From an uncultured Oscillibacter sp. (GTDB lineage Bacteria > Bacillota > Clostridia > Oscillospirales > Oscillospiraceae): DNA of 64,000 nt. The notes beneath the pieces are model-generated. The model worked only from the letters and a program-made list of their open reading frames with translations, was not told the DNA's origin and ran no database searches. Numbering within the stretch: the stretch's first letter is position 1; the number at the start of each line of letters is the position of its first letter. The position numbers and the translations under genes were made by a program. Shown in pieces: positions 1-13,256 of the stretch. Where the stretch lies: positions 958-64,957 of the forward strand of contig CAJTZI010000005.1 in assembly GCA_910584075.1 (NCBI GenBank), given 5' to 3'.

Positions 1-1049
1 CCGCCCAGGTCCAGCAGGACGGCCAGGGCCGCAGTGCCCTCGCCCAGACGGTACTCCCCGGGCAGGGCGGCATAGACAAAGAAGGTCCCCTCATAGACCC
101 CCTCCTCCAGGATGCCGCTCAGGTCCCAGGTCACCGCGGCGGTCTCTCTTCCGCCGCCGTCAAGTTCTACCTCCGCCCTGCCGGGCAGGAGGTCCTGCAA
201 ATCAGCGGCAGTCAGCGGCCTCTCCCGGCTGACGCCGGGAACCGCCAGTCCCCAGACCGCCGTCTCCTCATTGCATACCAGCGCTTCATCCTCGTCCACC
301 CAGCTCCAGGACAAAACCTCCTTCGTCCCGCACAGCTGGCAGATATACTCACAGGGACGCCCCTCCACGGCCTCCGCAAATCCGCAGGCCTCGTCGTGGA
401 TATGGGCGCAGGCGGCCTCCGCAGGTGCGATATAGCCGCACTCCTCACTATGTACATGCTCGCAGACCAGCGTGACGCAGCCGCTCTCCTCCGTGCACCG
501 GTGGGCGCAGTTCAACGGCGGCCGGTCATCCGAAAGCTCGGCCAGGGGCGGCTCCATGTCCTCAATCTCTCCGGAGGGCGGCGTCTCAGCGGACTGCTCC
601 TGCTCCGCGGGAGACGGTGTCTCCTCCGAATCTACGGGAGACGGTGTCTCCTCCGAATCTACGGGAGGCGGTGTCTCCTCCGAGTCCACGGGGGGCTGGG
701 GCTCCCCGGAATCCGCGGGAGGCTCCGCCCCGGCGTAACAGGAATCATCGTGGACATGGACGCACTCCGCCACATAGCAGTCCTCCGTGTGGCGGTGGGT
801 GCAGGGGGCCCCGGGGGTTCCCTCTGTACAGCCGTACTCCTCACTGTGGACATGGGCGCAGGGACGTCCCTCCACGGCCTCCACAAATCCGCAGTCCGCA
901 CTGTGGGCAGGATGGTGCTCACACAGCCCGTCCTGGCCGTCTATCTGTGCCGCCAGGGTAAAACCGTTCAGATAGGGCAGTATGATACACACGCACAGCA
1001 ATACGGACAACCACCTTGAATAATTTGGTCTTTTCCTGACTGCTCTCAT
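1..1049 (-). CDS. Secreted/surface protein (5' part, runs off the window): signal peptide, Cys/His-rich repeats, Pro/Glu linker, probable Ig-like domain
   Basis: Manual translation from ATG 1049 (upstream SD GGAAAGGAG) is open to base 1: MRAVRKRPNYSRWLSVLLCVCIILPYLNGFTLAA...CEHHPAHSADCG...CAHVHSEEYGC...CTHRHTEDCY...CVHVHDDSCY...CEHVHSEECGY...CAHIHDEACG...VTWD. Not in the ORF track because the stop lies outside the window. Confidence 0.85.
   Translation of the reverse strand, partial: MRAVRKRPNYSRWLSVLLCVCIILPYLNGFTLAAQIDGQDGLCEHHPAHSADCGFVEAVEGRPCAHVHSEEYGCTEGTPGAPCTHRHTEDCYVAECVHVHDDSCYAGAEPPADSGEPQPPVDSEETPPPVDSEETPSPVDSEETPSPAEQEQSAETPPSGEIEDMEPPLAELSDDRPPLNCAHRCTEESGCVTLVCEHVHSEECGYIAPAEAACAHIHDEACGFAEAVEGRPCEYICQLCGTKEVLSWSWVDEDEALVCNEETAVWGLAVPGVSRERPLTAADLQDLLPGRAEVELDGGGRETAAVTWDLSGILEEGVYEGTFFVYAALPGEYRLGEGTAALAVLLDLG
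608..688. repeat. 27-bp tandem repeat, about 3 copies, encoding (VDSEETP[S/P]P)n
   Basis: CGGGAGACGGTGTCTCCTCCGAATCTA at 608 and 635, degenerate copy at 662. Confidence 0.9.
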
Positions 1050-1103
1050 GAATCACTCGCTCCTTTCCAAAATGATAGCCAGACCTTGGCCAGTTTCCGC
1101 TCT

Positions 1104-1132
1104 ATTATATCCATAAGTTACAGAATGTGCAA
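1104..1132 (-). promoter_or_regulatory. sigmaA promoter for the Cys/His-rich gene
   Basis: TTGCAC-N17-TATAAT. Confidence 0.7.
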
Positions 1133-1326
1133 TAGGTAATCCATCAAAGAATTTACATTTTTCAAAAATTTTTCACCTGGGAAGACCTCATCCATGGCCG
1201 CCGGACTCCGCTGTGATCAGCCGCAAGCGTGGTATTACCTCTCCGGCGCATTGCCCGTAACTTTCCGCTCCCGTCCTCCGGATTTTGTCCAAAACCACAG
1301 TTTTGAAAAAACCGGCTGAAATGAGG

Positions 1327-1355
1327 TTGCCAGCCCCGGCGATTTGCGTTAAAAT
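1327..1355 (+). promoter_or_regulatory. sigmaA promoter for carAB
   Basis: TTGCCA-N17-TAAAAT. Confidence 0.6.
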
Positions 1356-1388
1356 CAGACGGAACTAGAGAAAGGCGGGATACAACTG

Positions 1389-2494
1389 ATGAAGGCAACC
1401 TTGATTCTGGCCAACGGCAGCGTCTTCCGGGGACAGAGCATCGGCGCCGCGGCGGACCGCGTGTGCGAGATGGTGTTCAACACCTCTATGACGGGCTACC
1501 AGGAAATTCTGACCGACCCGTCCTACGCGGGGCAGGGCATCGTGATGAGCTACCCCCTCATCGGCAACTACGGCGTCAACCATGAGGACAGCGAGTCCCA
1601 GCGGCCCTGGGCCTCGGCGTTCATTGTCCGGCATCTGGCCCCCCGGGGCAGCAATTTCCGCTGTGAGGGCGATCTCAACTCCTATTTAAAGGAATACGAC
1701 ATCACCGGGATCGAGGGTGTGGACACCCGTGCGCTGACCCGGATTCTCCGCAGTCAGGGGACCATGAACGGCATGATCACCTGTGCGGAGCATTTTCATA
1801 TGGAGGACTGTCTGGCCCGGATTCGGGCCTACCGGGTGCAGGGCACCGTGGAGCGGGTCACCCGCTCCGCTCCACAGGTGTACCCCGCCGTCACGGAACA
1901 GCGGCTGCGAGTGGCGCTGCTGGACTACGGCGTCAAGCAGAACATGATCCGCTGTCTCCAGGACCGGGGCTGCCAGGTGACGGTCTACCCCGCCCGCACC
2001 CCCGCCCGGACCATTCTGGCAGGCGGCTTCGACGGCGTGATGCTCTCCAACGGCCCCGGAGACCCGGCGGACAACGCGGACCTCATCCGGGAGGTCCGGG
2101 CGCTGTACGACAGTGACCTCCCCCTCTTCGCCGTGTGCCTGGGCCACCAGCTGCTGGCCCTGGCCACCGGGGCCGGCACCCGGAAGATGACCTTCGGGCA
2201 CCGGGGGGGCAACCATCCTGTCCGGGACGTGGCCTCCGGCCGGGCCTTCATCACCAGCCAGAACCACGGCTATGTGGTGACCCGGGACAGCGTGGACCCG
2301 GCTGTGGCGGAGATCTCCCACGTAAACGTCAACGAGGGCAGCGTGGAGGGCCTGCGGTACGTGCGGCCGGACTGCTTCACCGTCCAGTTCCACCCGGAGT
2401 CCGCCCCCGGCCCCCAGGACACGGAAAATCTGTTTGACCACTTCGTGGATATGATGCTCCATCCCACAGTCCGCAGGAAAGGAGGCGCACGGTA

Positions 2495-2495
<1 letters not shown>
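1389..2495 (+). CDS. carA: Carbamoyl-phosphate synthase small subunit
   Basis: [34 protein letters not shown] and QFHPE motifs. Confidence 0.98.
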
Positions 2496-5791
<3,296 letters not shown>

Positions 5792-5794
5792 GCC

Positions 5795-5830
5795 AAAAGC
5801 CAGCGGATACCCCGGTATCCGCTGGCTTTT
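5795..5830. terminator. Intrinsic terminator after carB
   Basis: AAAAGCCAGCGGATAC-loop-GTATCCGCTGGCTTTT. Confidence 0.85.
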
Positions 5831-5967
5831 TCTCAATATTTCCGCATCATGCCGCAGCTGATCCGCTTCTTCACTCCACGCAGATCCGGTCCGGCCAGAA
5901 AAACAGCCCGTCCCGGCAGCTTGCCGGAACAGGCTGTTCTTCTCTCTCAGGGGGACGGGGCGAGCGC

Positions 5968-6984
5968 TTATTCAATCTCCGCGATCCTGACGGGCCTGCC
6001 CTCTCTGAGGGACTTGGCGGCGGCAGCGGCGATGAGGATGGGATAGAGGCCGTCCTCACCGGTGACAGGGGGCTCCGTGCCATTGATGACCGCGCTGGCG
6101 AAGGCCTTCTGCTCAGCGGCAAAAGCGCCGGTATAGCGGTCCCACATAATCTTATAGCAGGTGTCGGAGACGGTGCCTTCCACGCCGTAGAAAACCGCGT
6201 TGCTGGGGGTGTCGTTGCCGTCCATCACCGCGCCCTCGGAGCCGAAAACCTCCACCCGCTGATCGTAGCCGTAGACGGCCCTCCGGCTGTTGTCGATGAC
6301 ACCCATGGCGCCGTTTTCAAATTTCAGGGACACCACGGCGGTGTCCACGTCCCCCGCCTCTCCGATGGCCGGGTCCACCAGCACGCCGCCATAGGCAAAG
6401 ACCTCCGTGACCTCGGAGCCCGCCAAAAACCGGGCCATATCGAAATCGTGGACCATCATGTCATAGAAGATGCCGCCGGAGACCCTCACATAGTCGATGG
6501 AGGGAGGCGCGGGGTCCCGGGAACTGATTTTGATCAGGTTGACCCTGCCGACTTTCCCCTCCCTGACTGCTTCATACACCGCCCGGTGGTTGTGGTCAAA
6601 GCGGCGGTTAAAGCCCACCTGGAGCTTTACACCCGCTTTCTTCACCTCATCGATGACCTCCCTGACCCGCTCAATCCGGTAATCCACCGGCTTTTCCACA
6701 AAAACATCTTTCCCTGCCTGCGCAGCTTTGATGGCGTACTCCGCGTGGAGGTCTGTGGGAGAGCAGACCACGACAGCCTTGATTTCCGGGTCGCTCAGGA
6801 TGACGTCCGCGTCCTTGACCAGGCCGGGAATCCGCAGGCGTTGGAGGAACTCCAAAGTCTCCCCGCTCATATAGGGATCGGAGACGGTCTTGATCTCCAT
6901 CTCCGGGACAAACTTCGCGATGTTCTCCGCGTGGACCCGGCCAATCCGCCCTGCTCCGATGATACCGATTTTAATGGTTTTCAT
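5968..6984 (-). CDS. iolG: Inositol 2-dehydrogenase (Gfo/Idh/MocA family)
   Basis: GIIGAGRIG, EKP, GFNRRFD, DMMVHDFD, YGYDQRVEV; start placed at MKTIK. Confidence 0.88.
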   Translation of the reverse strand: MKTIKIGIIGAGRIGRVHAENIAKFVPEMEIKTVSDPYMSGETLEFLQRLRIPGLVKDADVILSDPEIKAVVVCSPTDLHAEYAIKAAQAGKDVFVEKPVDYRIERVREVIDEVKKAGVKLQVGFNRRFDHNHRAVYEAVREGKVGRVNLIKISSRDPAPPSIDYVRVSGGIFYDMMVHDFDMARFLAGSEVTEVFAYGGVLVDPAIGEAGDVDTAVVSLKFENGAMGVIDNSRRAVYGYDQRVEVFGSEGAVMDGNDTPSNAVFYGVEGTVSDTCYKIMWDRYTGAFAAEQKAFASAVINGTEPPVTGEDGLYPILIAAAAAKSLREGRPVRIAEIE

Positions 6985-7004
6985 AATCCTCTCTCCTGAT
7001 TGAA

Positions 7005-7790
7005 TCAAAGTCTCATAATCGCTCTCACTGCCTCTGCGGTACCGGTCTTCGGAATCAGCTCAAATCCCACAAGCCCTCCGTAGCCAATCTCCTCCAGGCA
7101 GGCCAGCACATTGACATAGTTGATCTCGCCGGTGCCCGGCTCATGCCGCCCCGGGGCGTCCGCTATATGGATGTGTCCGAACTGGTCCCCATAGGCCCGG
7201 ATGTTATCGCAGACGCTGCCCTCATTGAGCTGCATATGGTAGACGTCATAGAGCACTTTCAGCCTGGAAGAGCCGATGAGACGGGTCATCTCCGCCGCCA
7301 CGCGGGTCGTCCGCAGGAAATTCCCCACATGGTCCGTGGTGACGTTCAGTGGCTCCAGATTCATGGCAACACCGCTCTCCTCCGCGATCTCCGCGCACGC
7401 CTTCAGTGTGTCGAACATGGCGCAGAGCTTCAGGGAATCACTGAGATTTTCATATGGGTCGATGACCGCACCGCCCTCCCCCAGACCGTTGGAGTGGATG
7501 GTGACGGACCGGGCCCCCACCTTTTTCGCAGCCTCCACGGACCGGCGGAGGAAGGCCAGATACGCCTCCTTCTGGTCCGGATTGATCATGGAGAGCTCCG
7601 CATCCCCGTTGAACCCGGCGATCCCGATTCCGGCGGACGATGCCGCATCCCTCACCGCGTCCAAGTCCTTGTCTGTCCAGCTCCAGAACTCCACGAACTG
7701 GAACCCGTCGTCTTTCGCCGCCTGGAAACGCTCCAGAAAGGGAAGCTCGCTGTACATCGGCTCGATACAGGCTGATTTCTGAAAGACCAT
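7005..7790 (-). CDS. Hydroxypyruvate isomerase-family TIM-barrel isomerase/epimerase
   Basis: LEPLN, LYDVYHMQ, HIHIADAPGRHEPGTGEINY. Confidence 0.85.
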   Translation of the reverse strand: MVFQKSACIEPMYSELPFLERFQAAKDDGFQFVEFWSWTDKDLDAVRDAASSAGIGIAGFNGDAELSMINPDQKEAYLAFLRRSVEAAKKVGARSVTIHSNGLGEGGAVIDPYENLSDSLKLCAMFDTLKACAEIAEESGVAMNLEPLNVTTDHVGNFLRTTRVAAEMTRLIGSSRLKVLYDVYHMQLNEGSVCDNIRAYGDQFGHIHIADAPGRHEPGTGEINYVNVLACLEEIGYGGLVGFELIPKTGTAEAVRAIMRL

Positions 7791-7817
7791 ACCCTTCGTC
7801 CTCTCTTTCACCCATCA

Positions 7818-7986
7818 TGTGCTTTGCACACTTTTATGCTAAGCACATAATAGCACACTCGGTCCAATTGTCAATGAAAACAGAGCTGGTCCGGATAAAA
7901 TCCACAAACCGCACAAAAAATCCGAAATATTTTTTGCGGATTGACAGCAAATGTGTTTTCGTATATGCTAATTGTGCAAACACACA
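7818..7986. promoter_or_regulatory. Divergent sigmaA promoters with candidate operators
   Basis: Plus strand TTGACA(7941)-N17-TATGCT; minus strand TTGACA-N16-TATTAT with TG extension; dyads TGTGCTTTGCACA (7818), TATGCTAAGCACA (7835), TGTGCAAACACACA (7973). Confidence 0.65.
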
Positions 7987-8003
7987 GACGGAGGATGCTT
8001 TTG

Positions 8004-9047
8004 ATGGGAACCAGACCGACAATTCAAATGGTGGCAGAGTTGGCGGGGGTCTCCCGGGGGACGGTAGACCGGGTTCTGAACGACCGTCCCCACGTCAATG
8101 AGGAGGTCCGCCAGCGGGTGCTGGAGGCCATGCGGCAGCTGGGCTACATCTCCCCCCGTGAGCTCCACCAACGGCAGGCGCATGCCGCTCTCCCTCCCCT
8201 GACGCTGGGAGTCCTTCTGCCCAACTGGGAGGGTCAGTTCCGCGCGGAGGTGACGGAGGGCGTCCGGCAGGCCTGCGGGGAGCTGGAGGAATCCGGGGTG
8301 CGGGTGCTGGTCCGCCGCTGTGAGACGGACCTGCCCCAGGAGGCCGTGGAACTGCTGGAGACCATGAGGGCCGGCGGCGCCGAGGGCTTCGCCGTCTGTG
8401 CCGTCAATGACCCGGCAATTCAAAGCTGGATCGCCGCCAGGGCGGCCGAGGGCGTCCCCTGCGTCACCTTCAACTCGGACCTGCCGGAGAGCGGACGGCT
8501 GTGCTTCATAGGCCAGGACATCCGTCAGGCGGGCCGGGTGGCCGCCGGACTGCTCTGCAAATGCGTCTCCGGCCAGGGCCCCATCCTGGCCACCGCCGGA
8601 AACCTCAAATTCGACGGACACCGCCAACGGCTGGACGGCTTTCGGGAACGGCTGGCGGAGCTGGGTTTCCCGGCGGAGCAGATCCTCGTCCGCGAAACCT
8701 GCAACGACTACGAGACCACCCTCCGCGTTGTGGGGGAGACCCTGGCGGAATGGCCGGACCTGCGGGGAATTTACATGGCGAACCTCAGCGTCTCCGGCTG
8801 CTGCGCCGCCATTCAGCGGGCCGGAAGGGCTGGCCGGATTCACGTGGTCTGCCACGACATCAACGAAACCGTCCGGCAGCTCATCCGCTCCGGCATGGTG
8901 GACTTCACCATTCCCCAGGATCTGAGGCGGCAGGGCCGCACGCCGCTTCTGTTCCTGCGGGACCATCTCCGAAACAAGAGGCCTCTGGAATCCGGATCGT
9001 TTCACAGGCGGATCCAGATCCTGTGCGCGGAAAATCTGGAGGGCTGA
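8004..9047 (+). CDS. LacI-family transcriptional regulator
   Basis: TIQMVAELAGVSRGTVDRVLN helix-turn-helix plus sugar-binding-like domain; SD GGAGG. Confidence 0.93.
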   Translation: MGTRPTIQMVAELAGVSRGTVDRVLNDRPHVNEEVRQRVLEAMRQLGYISPRELHQRQAHAALPPLTLGVLLPNWEGQFRAEVTEGVRQACGELEESGVRVLVRRCETDLPQEAVELLETMRAGGAEGFAVCAVNDPAIQSWIAARAAEGVPCVTFNSDLPESGRLCFIGQDIRQAGRVAAGLLCKCVSGQGPILATAGNLKFDGHRQRLDGFRERLAELGFPAEQILVRETCNDYETTLRVVGETLAEWPDLRGIYMANLSVSGCCAAIQRAGRAGRIHVVCHDINETVRQLIRSGMVDFTIPQDLRRQGRTPLLFLRDHLRNKRPLESGSFHRRIQILCAENLEG

Positions 9048-9320
9048 CTGCGGCTGACCTGCTTTCGCTAAAACAGCCTGAAAAACAGCGGTGAAGGCCG
9101 GCGGCCGCCGGTCTTCACCGCTGTTTTCACATGAGAGCCGGACAAGCCGCCTCAGCTTCCCCCATTTTCAATTCCGCCCCACTCGTCAAGTAAATTTTTG
9201 CCGAATCCCTACAAAAAAAGTGTTAATTTTTTATGAATCGTCCATTGATTTTAGGTGTCCAAGGTGCTATCCTTTTACAAGGTGTTCCACCTGAAGCTAC
9301 AAAGAAAGGTTGAGTCAAAA

Positions 9321-10352
9321 ATGAAAAAGAAACTCCTTGCCCTGCTGCTGGCGGCATTTATGCTGCTGAGCCTGTGCGCCTGCGGAGGCGGTTCCGGCGA
9401 TGACGCCGGCACCACGCCCCCTCCCGCCGACGACACCACAGGTGATACCAATGAGCCCGCCTCCACCGGCTGGACCCCCAGCGAGCCCGTGAACATGATC
9501 GTGGCCTACAAGGCCGGTTCCGGCACCGACAACACCGCCCGCGTCCTCAGCGCCTATGCCGACAAGTACATCGGCCAGACCATCGTCATCGACAACCAGG
9601 AGGGCGGCTCCGGCTCCATCGGCTGGACAGCCCTCTCCCAGGCCAAGCCCGACGGCTACACCCTGGGCTTTGTGAACCTGCCCACCCTGTGCTCCAACAT
9701 CGTGGAGGGCCTGGGCGACTACACTATGGAGGACTTTGTCCCCATCTGCAACCACGTCAACGAGACCTCTGTCATCCTGGTGGCCGCCAACAGCCCCTTT
9801 GACACCCTGGAGGACCTGGTCACCTATGCCAAGGATCATCCCGGCGAGCTGAAGGCCTCCACCAACGGCAACAAGGCCTCCAACCACATCGCCGTCCAGC
9901 TGCTCTCCTCCACCGCCGGCTTCGAGTACACCGCCATCCCCTACGGCGGCACCGCCGATCAGCTCCTGGCCCTGCGCCAGGGCGAGGTGGACTTCTCCTC
10001 CGCCAAGCTGGCTGACTTCGCGGCCTTCACCTCTGAGGTAAAGGTCCTCGGCGTCTTTGACACCAAGCGTCTGGCCGAGTATCCCGACGTCCCCACTCTG
10101 GGTGAGGCCGGCTATTATGACCAGTGGTACGGCTCCGCCCGCGCCATCGTGGCCCCCAAGGACACCCCCCAGGAGATCATCGACTTCTACGCCGAGGCCT
10201 TCAAGCAGACCATGGAGGACTCCGCCTATCTGGACGCCGCCGTCAAGGCCAGCGTCACCACCGAGTACATGGACCCCGCTGCCACCGCCGCCCTGCTGGA
10301 CGCGCAGTACGTCTTCTGCACCGACACCGTCTCCTCCATCTGGGCCGAGTAA
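9321..10352 (+). CDS. Tripartite tricarboxylate transporter substrate-binding lipoprotein (TctC/Bug family)
   Basis: Lipobox LLSLCAC; VAYKAGSGTD, AKPDGYTL, PDVPTLGE. Confidence 0.92.
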   Translation: MKKKLLALLLAAFMLLSLCACGGGSGDDAGTTPPPADDTTGDTNEPASTGWTPSEPVNMIVAYKAGSGTDNTARVLSAYADKYIGQTIVIDNQEGGSGSIGWTALSQAKPDGYTLGFVNLPTLCSNIVEGLGDYTMEDFVPICNHVNETSVILVAANSPFDTLEDLVTYAKDHPGELKASTNGNKASNHIAVQLLSSTAGFEYTAIPYGGTADQLLALRQGEVDFSSAKLADFAAFTSEVKVLGVFDTKRLAEYPDVPTLGEAGYYDQWYGSARAIVAPKDTPQEIIDFYAEAFKQTMEDSAYLDAAVKASVTTEYMDPAATAALLDAQYVFCTDTVSSIWAE

Positions 10353-10428
10353 TTCCATAGAGCCGCGCGGGGCTTCACGCCGTGAAGCCCCGCGTCCTTT
10401 TTCACGACTGAAATGTGAGGTTTGAGAG

Positions 10429-10872
10429 ATGAAGAAAACCGATATCGGCGTTGTCGCGTTCATCTACGCAGTCTGCGCCCTGTTTCTGGTGATGACCCTG
10501 CGCCTCCCCGCCGCCGCCCAGACCTATCCCCTGTTCATCATCATCCTGCTGGCCGCCCTGACCACGCTGTATGTGGTGCAGATGGTCCGCGGGGCGAAGA
10601 AGAACGGCGTCACCACCGGCCTGGAGGACTTTGAGGGCTTCCTCCCCAAGCAGTTCTTCCCCATTCTGGCCATGGTGGTGCTGTATCTGGTGGTGATGTA
10701 CTTCGCCGGATTCTACATCGCCACGCTGGTGTTCATGGCCGCCTGCCTGCTGTTTTTGAAGGTCCCCAAGTGGCAGATTCTGCTGTCCACCGCCGTGATT
10801 CTGGCCCTGGTCTACTGTGCTTTTACCCTGTTCCTGAAAGTCAAGCTGCCTGTGGGCCTGCTGTTTAAGTAA
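10429..10872 (+). CDS. TTT small membrane subunit (TctB family)
   Basis: 4-5 TM segments, C-terminal FLKVKLPVG, lies between TctC and TctA. Confidence 0.88.
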   Translation: MKKTDIGVVAFIYAVCALFLVMTLRLPAAAQTYPLFIIILLAALTTLYVVQMVRGAKKNGVTTGLEDFEGFLPKQFFPILAMVVLYLVVMYFAGFYIATLVFMAACLLFLKVPKWQILLSTAVILALVYCAFTLFLKVKLPVGLLFK

Positions 10873-10887
10873 AGGGGGAGGACGACT

Positions 10888-12444
10888 ATGTTAGAGACAT
10901 TAGCCCTGATGGGCCAGGGCTTTATCAACGCCCTGATTCCCGTCAATCTTCTGGCCATGGCCGCCGGCACCACCATCGGCATCGTCATCGGCTGCCTGCC
11001 GGGCCTCTCCGCCGCCATGGGCGTGGCCCTGCTGCTCCCCATGACCTTCACCATGGACGCCTCCACCGGCCTGATCATGCTGGGCGCCATCTACTGCGGC
11101 GCCATCTTCGGCGGGTCCATCTCCGCCATTTTGATCCACACCCCCGGCACCCCCGCCTCCGCCGCCACCGCCATTGAGGGCTATCAGATGACCCTCCAGG
11201 GAAAGGCCGGCAAGGCCCTGGGCACCGCCTGCATCTCCTCCTTCTTCGGCGGGCTCCTCTCCTGCATCTCCCTGTACTTCTTCGCCCCCCTGCTGGCCCA
11301 GCTGGCCATGAAGTTTGGCTCCCCGGAGTATTTCTGGCTGTCCATCTTCGGTCTGACCATCATCGCCGGCGTCAGCTCCAAGTCCATGGTAAAGGGCCTG
11401 ATCTCCGGCGCGCTGGGCCTGCTGCTCTCCACCATCGGTATGGACCCCATGGAGGGCGTGAAGCGCTTCATGTTCGGCCAGTCCTCCCTCTATGAGGGGA
11501 TCAACACCACCTGCGCCCTCATCGGATTGTTCTCCATGAGTCAGGCGCTGATCCTGGCGGAGCAGAAGATTAAACAGCGGGCCAGAGCCGCAAAATTTAA
11601 TGACAAGATGATGCTGACCAGGAAGGAGATGCGGCAGATCGCCCCCACCGTGGGCCGGTCCTGGATCATCGGCAACCTGATCGGCATTCTGCCCGGCGCC
11701 GGCGCCTCCATCGCCTGCTTCCTGGGCTACAACACCGCCCGCCAGTTCTCCAAGGAGAAAGAGAAGTTCGGCCACGGCAGCATTGAGGGCGTGGCCGGCT
11801 CCGAGGCCGCCAACAACGCCGTCACCGGCGGCTCCCTCATCCCCATGCTCACCCTGGGCATCCCCGGCGAGAGCGTCACCGCCGTGCTGATGGGCGGCCT
11901 CATCATCCAGGGTCTCACCCCCGGTCCCGATCTCTTCGTGGGCGAGACGGCGAAAATGACCTACACCTTCTTCGCCGGCTTCGTCCTCATCCAGTTCTTT
12001 ATGCTGGGCATCGGCCTTCTCGGCTGCAGGGGCTTCGCCCAGATCTCCCGCCTGTCCGACGCCATTTTGATCCCCGCCGTTTCCGTTCTCTGCGTGGTGG
12101 GCTCCTACGCCATCCACAAGAACTTCGTGGACGTGGTCATCATGATGATCTTCGGCGTGCTGGGTTATCTCTGCCGCAAGTTCGACCTCAACACCGCCGC
12201 CATCGTGCTGGCGCTGATCCTCGGACCCATTGGTGAGAAGGGCCTGCGCCGCTCCCTGGCCCTCTCCGGCGGCAATCCCTCTATTCTCTTCTCCACACCT
12301 GTCTGCTGGGTGCTCATCGCCCTGTGCGTCTTCGGCATCCTCTCCCCCATCCTGATGAACCGCATGGAGAAGAACGCCGTGGAGCAGGCCGGCGGCGACA
12401 TCCCCGGCGAGACTGGCGACGATCCCGTCCGTACCTCCGACTGA
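10888..12444 (+). CDS. TTT large permease (TctA family)
   Basis: GCLPGLSA, GGSISAILIHTPGTP, GSEAANNA, LTLGIPG. Confidence 0.95.
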   Translation: MLETLALMGQGFINALIPVNLLAMAAGTTIGIVIGCLPGLSAAMGVALLLPMTFTMDASTGLIMLGAIYCGAIFGGSISAILIHTPGTPASAATAIEGYQMTLQGKAGKALGTACISSFFGGLLSCISLYFFAPLLAQLAMKFGSPEYFWLSIFGLTIIAGVSSKSMVKGLISGALGLLLSTIGMDPMEGVKRFMFGQSSLYEGINTTCALIGLFSMSQALILAEQKIKQRARAAKFNDKMMLTRKEMRQIAPTVGRSWIIGNLIGILPGAGASIACFLGYNTARQFSKEKEKFGHGSIEGVAGSEAANNAVTGGSLIPMLTLGIPGESVTAVLMGGLIIQGLTPGPDLFVGETAKMTYTFFAGFVLIQFFMLGIGLLGCRGFAQISRLSDAILIPAVSVLCVVGSYAIHKNFVDVVIMMIFGVLGYLCRKFDLNTAAIVLALILGPIGEKGLRRSLALSGGNPSILFSTPVCWVLIALCVFGILSPILMNRMEKNAVEQAGGDIPGETGDDPVRTSD

Positions 12445-12490
12445 GCGCAATGCTCCGTTGGGCAGGGACAAAACTTCACCGAAAAATTTG

Positions 12491-12541
12491 GACAAAAGAA
12501 GAGCCGGTGCCCAAAATTTAGGCACCGGCTCTTCTTTTGTC
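12491..12541. terminator. Bidirectional terminator
   Basis: GACAAAAGAAGAGCCGGTGCC...GGCACCGGCTCTTCTTTTGTC between convergent genes. Confidence 0.85.
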
Positions 12542-12574
12542 TATTGCGGTTTTTCCCCAAAAAACATACACTGC

Positions 12575-13159
12575 TCACAGTGAGACACGGACTGCCGCAG
12601 AACCTTCCCGCGGCTGGCGCAGCAGCACATTTTGGGCAGAGCCCTGGAGACACCCGCAGATGCTCTCCAAAAATTCCGGCATATCATAGCCCATGCCCTG
12701 GTCCAGCCAGTCCAGAACCAGGCCCATACCCGCACACTTATAGAAGTGGCACAGCGTAGGCAGCGTCTCCAAATCCGAACCAAGGGCGCTCTTCACGCCC
12801 CCGGCGTAAACGCCGACGGCATGGTCAATGAGGCCATTCAAATGGCTGAGGAACACATCTCTTTGTACGGAGCGGTAAATGTGCAAAATGGCCCTTTTCC
12901 GGGCAGTACACCCCTCCACCAGAGGGATCAGACAGTCCAGGGGATTTCCAAAGTTGAAATGCTTTTCCACGATCTCCTCTACCCAGGCCTGCATGGTAGC
13001 CTCCGCCAGGGCGGGAATGTCCTGATAGTGATAATAGAAAGTGTTCCGGTTCACATGGCACCGGTCCACAATCTCCTTGACGGTGATCTTGCTGTACGGC
13101 ATCTCCTCCAGAATCTGCCAGAAGGTCTCGCTGAGGATCTGCTTGGTGCGGTTCATCAT
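12575..13159 (-). CDS. TetR/AcrR-family regulator
   Basis: YSKITVKEIVDRCHVNRNTFYYHY; SD GGAGGAGG. Confidence 0.9.
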   Translation of the reverse strand: MMNRTKQILSETFWQILEEMPYSKITVKEIVDRCHVNRNTFYYHYQDIPALAEATMQAWVEEIVEKHFNFGNPLDCLIPLVEGCTARKRAILHIYRSVQRDVFLSHLNGLIDHAVGVYAGGVKSALGSDLETLPTLCHFYKCAGMGLVLDWLDQGMGYDMPEFLESICGCLQGSAQNVLLRQPREGSAAVRVSL

Positions 13160-13256
13160 CGCCCTCCTCCCCGCTTTTTGAAAATAGTATAGCAAAAAAT
13201 CTCCCCGCTGACAAGGCGCCGGAGGTTTCCATTCTATGATTTTGGAGTGATTTTAT

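Noticed and set aside
608-688. 27-bp repeats as CRISPR
   Set aside because: No spacers; an in-frame coding repeat; no cas genes.
112-1019. Plus-strand ORFs in the first kb
   Set aside because: The minus-strand frame from 1049 has a promoter, SD, signal peptide and coherent motifs.
1140-1388. PyrR attenuator or T-box before carAB
   Set aside because: No AGUCCUGUGAGG-like PyrR loop, T-box or leader terminator; the promoter sits close to the gene.
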